64,000 nt of DNA, taken from Octopus sinensis. Its lineage: Eukaryota. Below the pieces are notes generated by a model. The model searched no databases. It had not been told where the DNA came from and saw only the letters and a program-made list of their open reading frames with translations. Positions 24,072-36,918 of this stretch are shown here, in pieces (positions within the stretch are counted from its first letter, which is position 1; each line of letters opens with the position of its first letter). Location: positions 198,772,001-198,836,000 of the forward strand of contig NC_042997.1 in NCBI RefSeq assembly GCF_006345805.1. The letters are read 5' to 3'. A program made the position numbers and the translations under genes.

Positions 24072-25345
24072 TAACGGGAAGCTTTATGAAAATAAACAAA
24101 AGACGAAGGCAGGTGGAAAACAAACGAACAATTGTATTAGTATGGCGCTCAGGAAATATAATAAAACAAGTCTTTAACGTTTCGAGCCTACGCTCTTCAA
24201 CAGAAAGATACACAGAGAGAGAAAAACACAGAAAGAAGGAGAGAAAAAAAAATGCGTGCAGTAGCTAACGAATCAACATGGCGATCTGATTTCGGCCAGA
24301 GGTCAAAGATCAAACACGAGACGCGAGAGCGAAATAAGGGGAGATAATAGGGTTGATAAAAAGGTTGAGGGACCAGCTAAAAGTGCGTGGGAGGGGTCTG
24401 GATGTGTGTATGTATAGGGTTGGTGTATGTATTAGTATGTATAAGGGTGTGTGTGTTGTGTGTGTGTGGTGTGTGTGTGTGTGTATGAGAGAGTATTAGT
24501 GCGTAAGATTGGTCTGGACATGCGTAGTATGTATGGGGGGGGTGTATGTATTAGTATGTATTAGTTTGTATTAGTACGTATTGGTATGTATAGGTATGTG
24601 TGTGTGTGTGTGAGAGAGTATAAGTGCGTATGCGGGGTCTGGACGTGTGTATGTATAGGGTGGTGGTGTAAGTATTAGTATGTCTAGTATGTATAGTACG
24701 TATTAGTATGTATAGTTGGTGTGTGTATTAGTATGGCACATCATATGTGATGTGATGTGTAAAGTCATGTGGTGTAGTGAGGAGAAGAGGGGGAGGGGGA
24801 GAAGAGGGGGAGAGAAGGGGAGGGAAGAAGAAGAGGGGGAGGAGAAGGGGAAGAGGAGAGGATAGGGGGAGAAGGAAGGGGAGGAGGGGAGAATGAAGGG
24901 GAGGAGGGGGATGAAGGAGGAAAAGAGGGAGAGGGGGAGAGAGGAGTGAGGGAGCAGAGGGAAGGGGAAGAGGGAGGGAGAGAAAGAAGAGGAAGAAGGA
25001 AGGGGAGTAGGGGTGTTGAAGGATGAAGGACTGAAGAAGTAGGGGTCGGGGGGAGAAAGGAGGGTGAGGAGGGGGAGGGGGGGAGGGGGGTTAGATGAGG
25101 AGGGGGGAGAGTTGAGACCAAATGGCGTATAAGAGCGAAGAGAGAAGATTAATTCCTGTTCACGGCGCAAACGGGAATCCGGATGGCCTCTGTGTAAGGA
25201 CCAAACCGAACACAGATAGGTGTTGCAAGGAAATGGCGTGAGACCGGTGTGTCTTTCGCAAGGTGGATGTCACGAAGGTGTTCCGCGAACCGGTCAGCCA
25301 AGCGGCGTCCCGTTTGTCCGATGTACAAGGAATTGCAGAGAGAGC
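24072..25345 (-). mobile_element. 5'-truncated Penelope-like retroelement: GIY-YIG C-terminus, low-complexity spacer, hammerhead-bearing terminus
   Basis: 25105-25345 on the minus strand translates, with one frameshift, to YCISCSLCNSLYIGQTGRRLADRFAEHLRDI...RREQELIFSLRSYTPFGLN. (TA)n lies on both sides. Confidence 0.9.
24171..24208 (-). ncRNA. Minimal hammerhead-like motif with A6U core variant
   Basis: UCUUU-CUGUUGA-A-GAGC(GUAG)GCUC-GAA-ACGU-U-AAAGA, with a 5-bp stem I. Confidence 0.55.
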
Positions 25346-25355
25346 AAGAGATGCA

Positions 25356-25400
<45 letters not shown>

Positions 25401-25600
25401 TATATATATATTATATATATAATATATATGTATATTTACTATTTATTATTGATTGAACATGACGCATCCATTTCCAAATAAGTTTATCTTCACCTTTTTG
25501 ATATTCCCTACTTTTGAGGATGCGCTCGCTATGAAACATGTGGATTTCATCTACTCCACCCCTTAACTCTTGGAGCTCTCTCTCTCTCCCTCTCTTTATA

Positions 25601-25644
<44 letters not shown>

Positions 25645-25649
<5 letters not shown>

Positions 25650-25830
25650 AGGGGATAATTCACAAAAATAAAAACAAAAGACGAAGACGAGCGGTGTAGA
25701 CAACAAACAGGTGTATTAGTATAACGCTCGGGAAGTGCAAAAGTCTTTAATGTTTCGAGCCTACGCTCTTCCACAGAAAGGAACACAGAAAGAAACAAGG
25801 AGAGAAAATAAAGAATGTGTAGTGGATAGT
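25645..25830 (-). mobile_element. Penelope-like 3' terminus with hammerhead-like motif at 25745-25780
   Basis: Homologous to 24072-24260. The motif reads CUUU-CUGUGGA-A-GAGC(GUAG)GCUC-GAA-ACAU-U-AAAG. Confidence 0.75.
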
Positions 25831-26500
25831 GTGTGTGTGTGTTTCTTTAATTTACTTAGGCTTTGCTATTTAGCTTTATTTTAAGTAAGCTTTCTTTTTA
25901 TATATCATTTATGTTTCCAATTTGAAATCACTCAAAAACGGCACAATACGGGTGACTTTGTACGTGATTCCGAAATTCTTGAAAAGCTCTCAACACTGAG
26001 TTTACGAATAAACACGAAGCTGAAACCAAAATAATCTTTTAAATAATGGATGTATTACATCCCCCCATCATCACGAAAAAGAGAAAAAAAGTAATAGAAA
26101 ATTAAAGCAAATTACCGGTTGCTGAGATAAGTAATCTTTCCAAGAGAAAAGTAAAATCAAATTGAAAAATAAAAAAAAGAAACGATAAGTTTAAATAACA
26201 CAAAAAAAAAACAAATACAGCAAGACAGATTTGCATAAAACATCAATGTAAAAAGCCACTAAATGAAAGTAAAAATTATTTAATCTATATTTTCTTGACT
26301 AACTGATTATTTAAGAGAAAAATTTATCATCCCAGCAACCAGCGACGGAGTTTCTATACAGTGGAAAATAATGTACCGCAACAGCTCAAAAACTAAATGC
26401 TTCCTAAAAATAAATGTAGCAAAATGCCAATAACATAGAATAAACATATCGATTTATCTCATACATGTGAACACAAATATATTCGTCCATATACATAATA

Positions 26501-26803
26501 TCGTGGCACTCCGTCGGTGACCACCACGAGGGTTCCAGTTGATCCGATCAACGGAACATCCTGCTCGTGAAATTAATGCGTAAGTGGCTGAACACTCGGG
26601 AAGATTCAGTGTGACACGGCTGGCCCTTTGAAATACAGGTACAACAGAAACAGGAAGAAAGAGTAAGAAAATTGTAGTGAAAGAGTACAGCCGGGTTCGC
26701 CCCCCCCCCTGCTGCCGGGGCCTCACAGCACCCGGTCTAGGAATCGAAACCGCGATCCCACCACCGCGAGTACGCTGCCCTATCCACTGGGCCATTGCGC
26801 CTC
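26501..26803 (-). mobile_element. SINE family B
   Basis: Reverse complement of 12462-12843 with deletions. Confidence 0.85.
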
Positions 26804-28056
26804 CACATATGCATAATATACTGTTACACATGGGTACATATGACTCGTGTGCTGTAAAGTGGGTGCATTTATAACATATATTTACAGTTGGTTGGAACCA
26901 TTTAGGTATCGGAAACAAATTGAATGGAGAAAACATAAAAATTGATTCCTTTTATAATTGGTATTATTCAGAGCCGAGAGCAGAATTAAAAATACAAAGC
27001 ACTTACTCTCTATTCAGTAAACATGGTTTACACGCGTTGTTATATATTTTTTTCTTTTACCCGTCTGTTTATTAATTTTTTTCCGAGAAATATGTGGTGA
27101 TTATTATAGAATCTGTTAAATAATACTCATGCTTCGTTGTTTTACTCATTTCGTTATATTTATTGCCGAACAAATACAGGTGTAGAAAATTGTTACGATC
27201 CGTAGTGAAATTGAAGTCTGGATCAAATTTTAAGCAATTACTTAAAGGCTAAACCGTTGTTAATATAAACATTAATATTTACTTTCTGTTGCTGATATGA
27301 CTGTTGCTCTAACAGACTACTTCAAATAGACTCACCTTACAACAAAACACATTTTACAATAAACTAGAGAATATCTCTCGCAGCTAGAAATTCTAGTACT
27401 AAAAACTTTATCTGTTCCTTTTATATACATGTGTTTACATACATTTTTTTTCGGACTTGCAAATTCAAACAAGATTTCATTTCATCTTTATCTGCCAGCA
27501 TATTACTAGTTATTGGATACTTTAGAAATATACTCAAATTTTATTAATCATTCTATAGAATGATGTGCTTACAAACACAGACGAATGCACACACACGCAC
27601 ACACAGACATACACACACACGAGAAGGCGAGAGAATGTTGTAAACATCGCCCTCGGGAATCCAACTTCACTCTTTTACTCTCTCTCTACATGTATGTATA
27701 AATGTGTATGTATCTATGTGCGTATACGTGTACGTGACTGTTTGTAGTGAAAAAGTTTAGAAGTTTAAAATATCACTCAAATCATATATATTTAAGAAAC
27801 AAAAAGTAAAATCGAAAATGTACTAAAAGTTTTTATTTAATTTTAGAATGTAATAACATTTAATGTGTACATAATTTCAAAATACACTTTATAGCAAAAG
27901 ATAGTAACAGATCTTTCCCAACCGGTTTCAACTCTAAGTTTTGTATTATTTTTGCATTATTGTGAAAGGAATATTGCAAACAAAAAATATTAACAAGTTA
28001 TTTCCAAAACTATGACGGAGTCAAAACACTGAAGGTGACCACAGTGATATATAGAC

Positions 28057-29110
28057 AGGGTGCGTGAAAATATTGTCGTCTAAATTACGCAAAAAATGAA
28101 AATAACACAGACATCTCATTTTAACAGATATCGTGATCCCAATCGGTCATGAATGACCATGGGATTGCACCTAGAAAGTTACCCTCCCAGGCACAAGTCT
28201 GGGCAAGGTTGTTTATGGAAGACCAGCAGTCGCCCATGCATACTGGCCTCCCCTCTCCACACCACCAGTGTAATCCAAGCGAAAGGCAAAGACCGATACA
28301 GCTTGGTACCAGTGATGTTGCAACTCATTTCTACAGCTGAGTGAACTGGAGCAACGTGAAACTAAGTGTCTTGCTCAAGAACACAACATGCAGCCCGATC
28401 CGGGAATCGAAGTCACAACCTCACGATCGTAAGCTCGACGCTCTAACCACTGAGCCATGTGCCTTCACTTAACAGATATATTTACCAAAATTACATAAAA
28501 ATATATTGAAATTCTAAGGAATAAATTCATTTAATAAAATCGCCATTGGCTTCATCCACGGCATCCAGACGACTTCAGAATCTCCTGCATCTCTTTTGGA
28601 CAGTCTCCTTGTTTAAGTTGGGGAATGCTGCCATAATCCTTGCCTTCAGTTCATCTTTGGTGTTACAAGACGTTTCGTTGGTCTGTCTCTCAAATGCACC
28701 ACATACTTAATAATCAAGAGGGTTGCAGTATAAGGAGTTATGTAGCCAGATGTTATGTGTGAAGTGGCTGTAAAAATTGTCTGACAGCCATGACTGGATT
28801 CTCCTGCTTGTGTAGCATGGTGCAGAGTCCTGTTCCCAGACACAGGGTCTTCCAGCAGCTACCCTCTTTACCTAGGGCAGCATACCATCTTCAGGCACTT
28901 GATGCAGGCCTCTGTCTTCAGTATGAGGCATGTAGGAAGATGAATAGAGACATAAATTCGCCATCACTAGTGACCAATCCAAACACTATGATGTTGACTG
29001 GATGTTTGATTTTTATCACTCTCGGTAGCTGTTTTGGGGATACGGCAAGCCAACAGTTGTTGTACGTATTGGAAATTCCGGCGTGAATGCCAAGAAGTAC
29101 AACATGTAGT
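28057..29110 (-). mobile_element. Decayed Tc1/mariner-superfamily transposon (DD-domain remnant, one CAGGGTG end)
   Basis: Minus-strand fragments WLAVSPKQLPRVIKIKHPVNIIVFGLVTSDG, (W)EQDSAPC and the terminal EAN.DFI-like motif. CAGGGTG terminus at 28057. Confidence 0.85.
28132..28468 (-). mobile_element. SINE family D with 11-bp TSD, nested in the Tc1-like element
   Basis: TTAACAGATAT at 28121-28131 and 28469-28479. Confidence 0.9.
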
Positions 29111-29281
29111 TTCCAAATTTCTGGCAATTTTGTTGTTTTTTCTCATAGACGGTACCCAACTAACTATATCGTGTAGTCGACAAAATCAAAAACAATCGAT
29201 GCACATGCGCGAAATTAAAAATATAAAAGGGCGACAGTTTATCAAGTGCAACTTGTGTATGTATATGTGTATGTATATATG

Positions 29282-29317
<36 letters not shown>

Positions 29318-29776
29318 CATACACACACGATAGACATCTAGAAACCACTCGTCCAAGTGTTTGTGTCATAAGACAGAACCTGGAACCATGTGGTTGGGAA
29401 GCAAGCTTCTTACCACACATCCACACCGGTCCTGGGATACACTATTTGTTTGAAGCAGCTTAACTGATGCCTGTTTAGCATGAATTTAATGCTGCTTGTG
29501 TGAGGCTGAAAGTGGATTTCTATTTACGAAACTCCTCCAGTTTTCAGTTGTTGAGAATTAAGCTGATTGAGTATCTGGAACGTGTGAATGCGGCTTATCG
29601 TTGCTATTGTATGGATAAAATGGTGAGACATGAGACGGTGCACTGGTTGAGGATTAACCTCAGGTTCCTGGATGTTGTCTCTCCCATTCTTTTATAAGCC
29701 GAGATGATGACCTGCGCAGGCATTACCATACTGTAACTTAAATATTTGTTCAGGTCTAATCTTGTAGTAGGGTGCT

Positions 29777-29955
29777 GGCGTAGGAGTGGCTGTGTAGCAA
29801 GTAGCTTGCTTACCAACCACATGGTTCCGGGTTCAGTCCCACTGCGTGGCACCTTGGGCAAGTGTCTTCTACAATAGCCTCGGGCCGACCATAGCCCCGA
29901 GTGGATTTGGTAGACGGAAACTGAAAGAAGCCCGTCGTATATATGTATTTGTGTC
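29777..29955 (+). mobile_element. SINE family A, 5' half
   Basis: Head and core match the other copies. Confidence 0.85.
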
Positions 29956-30770
29956 AAGTAGGACGTTAGCGAGTCCTGCTTCCCTTCTCGTCTTTCTGCA
30001 TAATCGTAAAGTCACAGAAATTAAGATTTGAGCTCTGTATGATCCAGTTTGCAGGTTTGTATAATCTTATTTTTATATTAACGAGACCAGGTATCTGCCC
30101 TGCCGTGACAAATCAAGACATTATCCCCGTGTGGAATTAGCAGAAGACATTCACAAATTTAAAAAAAAACAAATTTCCTCAGAACACTCCACAAAAATTC
30201 TCTGTTTACAGTTCTTTAGTACATTTGCTGCTGTTGTTCTCTGAATTTTCTTGAGGCTTCCTTTTGACAAAGATCAATTCGACTGTGACTCAGTTGCTGT
30301 AAACGTCACTATGAAACACTTGTACGATGTTTTCTGATGCTGACCGGACTAGTCATTCGAACAAAAACTTGGCCAGGATCTCTCCAGTTAGAGCTAACAT
30401 TTGTCACCCTCCTATTTTGGATTTGAGCGATGTTAACTCTTTTCAACGTTGAAGTATCTATAACTAATGCTATGCTTTTCTGAAATTACGACGCAGCTTC
30501 CTCGTGGTGCAGAGGTACTCTGCACTATGAGAGTACATCATCCAAGAAAAATCTCTTTCAAGATCTTTATTAGAGTGATGTTCTGCCCAGTGGATTCCTT
30601 GATTTGTAGCAGGTATTTCACAAGATTCTTCCAATGCTGATGAAACTATTGAGTTTATGGGCTAGTTGAAGATTTCTCTCCTGTACTTTATTTTTCTGAC
30701 TGGTTTTTCAGCAAAGACGCGTGGTTTAATGACCAGTGCCACAGAACAATTCCTATGGACGTAGAGATTG

Positions 30771-30801
<31 letters not shown>

Positions 30802-31144
30802 ATTCTTTTACTTGTTTCAGTCATTTGACTGCAGTCATGCTGGAGCAGCGCTTTTAGTCGAACAAATCGAATCCATGGCTTATTCTTCTGTAATTCCTGC
30901 ATTCTATGGCACTTATCTGGACGGGATGCGTACCGTAGAAGCTTTCAGTTTCACGAAAGTGATAAAAGTAATCACAAATATCCTGAATGTTGAACTTGCT
31001 ACAATGGAGTACCTTGGTGTTTAGTGCTGTAAAATACGTTAAGCGACACACTTGGAATGAAACCTTAGTATTACGCAGTGGTCTGACCAATATTCGGTAG
31101 CCCTCGTATTTGTGAGCAGAACAATACAACTTGTGTATGTGTGC

Positions 31145-31181
<37 letters not shown>

Positions 31182-31385
31182 ATAAGATAGTATTTTAAGA
31201 ATAGTACTGCTATTTCTAAATTTCGGTATGTGGTGAAGCAAATTTTGCTGATTCCTAATTATAATTATGCTCATAATTATAGAATTTTTGTATAAGTTTA
31301 CCGATAATGGTTCTTTTAACATACCGAACGACTTGGTAAAATTATTAATTATTAATTGAGTAATTAATTTTACCCTTTATGATAT

Positions 31386-31423
<38 letters not shown>

Positions 31424-31509
31424 CACGCACAAGAGAAAAATAGATAAAACTTAGAGAATTTAGATATGTTTCGACTAAAGACTGGCACAGGCCATGCCTA
31501 ACTTAATAG

Positions 31510-31790
31510 CACCACCTGCTGTTGAGTCATTTTTAAGTCAAGTTTTGTGGGATCATGGCCCATTGAAGTAGGAAGGTGTTGACAGCGATGTATCCAGGTA
31601 TAGGCGGCTTATCTCGTATCCCTTGAAGAAATTTGTCTAAGCTTCGCTTGAGGGTGATGGGATTTTTTTCTTCTTTGATTTGTTTTGGGATCATCTTAAA
31701 TAGAGCAGGGCCTGGTGAGGGAAAGAGACTGTGTTGCAAGGAATTTATGTGATGTTAGCTTGTGGGCCGGAATTGTGTAGGGGGCGTAGG
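31510..31790 (-). pseudogene. LINE ORF2 C-terminal remnant (CR1/Jockey-group)
   Basis: GPALFKMIPKQIKEEKNPITLKRSLDKFLQGIRDKPPIPGY resembles the GP.LFN.LP...FKR.LDK.L..IPD.P terminus. Confidence 0.7.
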
Positions 31791-32599
31791 TAGTTATTTA
31801 TAGACTATTATGTGGATTGTTATATGCAGATAGGTATGTTGTATACATTACTCTCACAATTCCAAGAAACCAGGACTTCTAAAAGTCACATAGAATAATG
31901 ATTACTTAAACAAAAATAACCCAAAAAGGATTTTTTCCCCACCAGACCTGGTTGAGGAAGCCCACTCGCCAGTAAAAAAAATAAACTCTTAACAAGTATT
32001 GGAACGACGTACTAACCATATCCAAACTTCAGAGAAATGTAATTCAGAGCTATCAGAGCCAGAATAGAAACAACATTGATATGATACATATCTAAATTTA
32101 ATAATATATTCAGGAAAATGGGTTAGGCAGTGTTTCAGTATCATCTCAGACATAGTTAAATACTTTATAATCTTTTTTAATGGATACTAGGATAGTATTT
32201 AGCAAAAACATCCATAACTTCGGTAATTTAAACTAGATGTGAAAAATGTTGTAAACCATGTGGTTAAAGTAACTTGAGCGGATGACATGTAGGAGTTAAA
32301 AGAAAGCGTCATGTGGCCCTAAAGTACCGTGGTGAAAAATTTCTATCCTTCCAGGCACTATATATATTTTACATATTGAACCCTGGCTGCAAACACGAGG
32401 AAACTGAAATACAGTTCTCATATTTACATAATGTGAAACGATGGTCGCACAGCACTTGGTTACTCTGACCTGCCCTATGTAAAAATAAAAAAACTAAAAG
32501 TGGATCTATAAAAAAGATAAGTGTATTCTGCTAGAATCAAATCTGCAAGCTACAAAAACCTGAGGATTTCTTCCACCTCATACAATTCTCCAGATAGAA

Positions 32600-32770
32600 C
32601 CAATGGGAAAGAGTAAGGTTGTACGAAGGGGTTGGGGAAAAGTATGGCGTTATCGTCAGTAAAGATGTGAATGGAGTGTGTCTCAGATATCATGGCAAAT
32701 CCAGGAACGTTAGAAAGAAAATGTAAGATACTATACAAGGTAGATGCAAAGTGCAACAAGTACTAGTCTG
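32600..32770 (-). pseudogene. Possible LINE reverse-transcriptase remnant
   Basis: HSIHIFTDDNAIL resembles the (Y/F)ADD motif context. Confidence 0.35.
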
Positions 32771-34691
32771 TAGTATTTGTACACACTGTACTCAAACAGG
32801 AAAATATATATATCATAGATTTCGGAAGGCCGAATAAGAAATGGAAGATAGAGTTTAGTAGAAAAAACAGGCAGCTTTATTAGATCAATAATTAATATAT
32901 CATATTTAGTTAAGAAAACTGTGCTATTGACATTGCAAGAGACTCAAAAGAAACCTACCGGTAAACTGAAAACAAAAGAAAAAGAGAGAAAGGATGGTGA
33001 TGGAGAGACGTCGGGGTTTAATGAGGGTTGGACAGGGTATTATCTATCTATCTATCATAAGTTAGATACATAAATAGATAGATACATAGATACATACACA
33101 GATACACGCACAGAGATCCGCACACAGATGCTCACACAGATACATCCATAGATACTTACCACAGCCACTCCTATGCCTATGTGTACAAATTATAGAAATA
33201 ATTTTAAAAATATATACAATACTGTTTCTACTTCGGAGATTTTTACCTATCGCGGTGGGTTTTGGAACGTAACACCGCGAGAGGGATTATTGTATAACCT
33301 CTGTTATACGAAAAAGAAGGAAAAGTCATGGCTTGAATACTTTTAAAAATAAGGTTTATGAAGCCAGGCCTTTTTTCAAAATTTGAAATCAATATCAGAC
33401 AGGTCAATTTGCAATTAGGACAGTATTCGGCATGTACGTACGCACGCACGCACATGTATGCGTACATATATATGTACACACGCACGGCATATATATATAC
33501 GTACATACGGAGATACACGTACATGTGAGTTACTCCAGAACTTTTAAATTTGGTAGTGGATGTTTGAGTGTGTAGCAGAAACACAAACCCATTATATGTG
33601 ACCGAAGAGAAAATCTAATCGTCAGGACTAAGATTTTGCAGTTACAGATATGAGATCGCTAGGATATATCATCCCATCAGTGATTGCAAGGCCTAACATA
33701 ACTAGAGACTTTACTCAAATGAGGTGAAATTGTAATTAATCCGTTAGTAATAAACAAAGCGACCATACACGAAAAGCCGCTACAACAACGTGAAAAAATA
33801 CACCATCTCACGAAGTATCAAAGGAATACATAAGCGACCAACTGACCTTGTAGAAATAGAAGCTAAATCACACGTTACGATCAAAAAGAATTATATGATG
33901 GATAACATAGCCTCTGATATACGAAAATGAAGGAATAGTTATGGCTAGAAATACTTTTAAAATAAGGCTTATAGAGGCAGACTAACTCGGTAGCCAATTA
34001 ATAGTCCAGCCTAGCATGTGAATAAGACCTTTAATGTTAATTAGTAATTATACAAGTATAAAAGCCATAATGGAGTTCAACGTAATGCATCAGAAAAGCC
34101 GGCATTCACGAAAGCATTTTATAGAAATATTTGCTGTTAAAAGAAAATAATAAAATTAAAATTTGACTAAAGAATTATATTTATGTTATATTCTAAAAAT
34201 TCATTCAAAAATATTAATTAAAATACATTTATTTTTAGAGAAATCCGATCTGGAAAATATGCTACTTTATATTATAGTAGAAAACGCATTCCAATAACCT
34301 AGAAAGAAAGAAACACTGAAGTACTAAATAAATGCAAAATTAGACAATTACCTTTAGGAATCCTATGCTGGATCTAATATTTAAAATATGTGATATAAAG
34401 TTTTCAAACATCTTGGTGAAGAATGTTTGTAGAGAAAAAATTAACTCGAAACCTGGAAACTAGTAAACCATGCAACTAAAGATTGGGCTATTTGTTTAAA
34501 GGGAAATAACTCTGAAGAGTTTTAAAATAGTATATAAGAGTTAATGTTCTTTATGATGACTAGCTTCCTTTAAGAAAACCAATCTGTTAAATGTTTTTGA
34601 CTCATCCAATCAAGTTATAGTTAATATTTAAAAATCGACAGACAGACAGATTCGTAACTAAACAATGATTCAGTTATATATGATCTATATA

Positions 34692-34925
34692 CAGGGTGGC
34701 TCGAAAGTAGTTTTACAGTTATTCAACTATCTCTTTCGCATTCATATATTTACAGTTTAGATCTTAAGTATGACAAAATAAGAAACCATTAATCTGTGCT
34801 AATTTAGTTAATTTTGTCAAGCTCCCTTTTCAGTTTGTAAGATAGAAATTTAAATGCAATAAAATGTTTTCAAATAAATTTAAAGTGCCTACGTGATAAC
34901 TGTAAACCTACTTTTGGGCCACTCT
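34692..34925. mobile_element. Tc1-type MITE
   Basis: TA-CAGGGTGGCTCGAAAGTAG..TTTACAGTTAT and its inverted counterpart ending ...TTTTGGGCCACTCTG-TA. Confidence 0.85.
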
Positions 34926-35100
34926 GTATGTATTTTCATTGAAATACTGCGTATTAGCGAATAAAAACTTCGGAGGAAATTCAGGAGAATACTTGAAGCT
35001 ATTCTATGCTAGAAAATACTTGATCAAGGTGCCTCACAGTCGGATCTCACCTGGAACTTACATGGTCGAGAAAGAATCTTAATTACTTTGTAATCATATA

Positions 35101-35322
35101 TATTTCTTTACTACCCACAAGGGGCTAAACATAGAGGGGACAAACAAGGACAGACAAAGGGATTAAGTCGATTACATCGACCCAGTGCGAAACTGGTACT
35201 TAATTTATCGACCCCGAAAGGATGAAAGGCAAAGTCGACCTCGGCGGAATTTTAACTCAGAACGTAACGGCAGACGAAATACGGCTACGCATTTCGCCCG
35301 GTGTGCTAACGTGTCTGCTAGC
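35101..35322 (-). mobile_element. SINE family C monomer
   Basis: Head and body match the other copies. Confidence 0.85.
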
Positions 35323-36624
35323 TTTGATTACTTTGTAATCATATAGTTGAGCCTAGCATTTGTAAAGCGTGTAACAGTTACATTTATAAGTTGTACACGG
35401 ATAAAGTGAGTGAATGAGCGAGTGAGAGTAGTTTTGTGTTTCTTCAACATGTGCTTCTTTTCTCTGTTTTTGGTAGTTGTCTTAGTTTTACCGGAGAATA
35501 TTTTCAATATTTTTCTTCTGAAGATAATGCACATTTGATATAAAATATCTAGTTTTTGTGAAAATTGCATGTAAGAAAACGAGAATCGACACAGTATGGA
35601 ATGTATCATTCTTTCATCCAGCGTGTGGATGAAAGGAACAGCGATGTTATTCTCCTGAATAACGAAGATGTTGATGGACGTAAACCACACTCTGGGAAAT
35701 AAACTTTTACTCCTTGAATCAAAGTTATGTATTTTCCCTTTTTACGCTTGTTCTTTAAATTACTTTTGCTAGGCGCATGCAGTCGACACAACACCAGCAT
35801 CTGTTTCTTTTTATTACTCATGCGGGCTAAACAAAACATGTGGGGCATAAAACATATATAAAAAATAGAAATGAATATTATAATGTATGAAGACACAACA
35901 GCAGGATCATCTGCCATTATTTCTACCTTGTGTTAACGCGTTAGTATTTCTATTCACTGTTCACACTTTCCATTTGTCAAGGCAACCGATATGCATTGTA
36001 ATGTTTTCCGTTATAATTTTAAGAATGCCTGACTCATGGGAGGACAAATCACGGGTGAACGGGTGAGCTTCCGAAGCCATATTCAACCTCTGATGGGAAT
36101 CTGTGTTGTTACGACCACTGTCGAACTTCGGACACGGGTGATGGATAGAGATGACAAGTGGCGCGCCCGTCAGTGTGCACGATGCAATTGCAAGTTATCG
36201 CCGACAGATAGTGATAATGATGATAATGGTGAAAACGTGTATGACGACGACCATGATGATTATGACAACGAACCATAACGACTACAACGATGATGATGAT
36301 AAGTAAAAAATTTGGATGCCGATAACTTCATTATTTATTCATTATACGGAATAAAAAAAAAACTTCCAAACTTAAAACAACTACACTATATTTCGTTTGA
36401 ATTGATTTTCAATCGTCAACCAGGCTCTCATTCTTGGTTGTCAACACATTTCCCAAAGGGACTGAAATTCGGAACCTCAAAATGGAAAAGTGCATTATTC
36501 GTTTTAGTTTAGAAATATAGTGTGCAAGTTCGATTCTAGTCTGGTACACATGGAGGAATAAGGTAAATGATGACGATCAGCGATCAGAATGATCGAAACG
36601 CATATATAGATGATAATGTTTGTT

Positions 36625-36918
36625 CTTTCTCGAGCCACGCCTGGCTCATAAGGGCCAGTTTCCTGGTTTCCTTGGGGTATAGGTTCCCCACCTGGACGAG
36701 GCGCCGGTCCGTCGCTGGTGAGCTGCAAGATGCAGGAGGAAAGAGTAAATGAAAGTTGTGGCGAAAGAGTCAGCAGAAGATCGCCATTACCTTCTGCCAG
36801 AGCCGCGTGGAGATTAGGTGTTTCACTCATAAACACACACATCGCTCAGTCTGAGATTCGGACCCGCGATCCCTCGACCGCGAGTCCGCTGCTCTAACCA
36901 CTAGGCCATATGTCTCCA
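36625..36918 (-). mobile_element. SINE family B variant
   Basis: Reverse complement of 6896-7187. Confidence 0.85.

Noticed and set aside
24703-25170. Pro/Ser/Leu-rich ORFs
   Set aside because: A pyrimidine tract; only the first about 20 codons belong to the GIY-YIG C-terminus.
30630-30680. CTGATGA-AACTA...TAGTT-GAAG on the plus strand
   Set aside because: GAAG instead of GAAA, with no helix III or stem I.
29990-30730. Coding-like composition suggesting a decayed LINE
   Set aside because: No recognisable motif in any frame I read.
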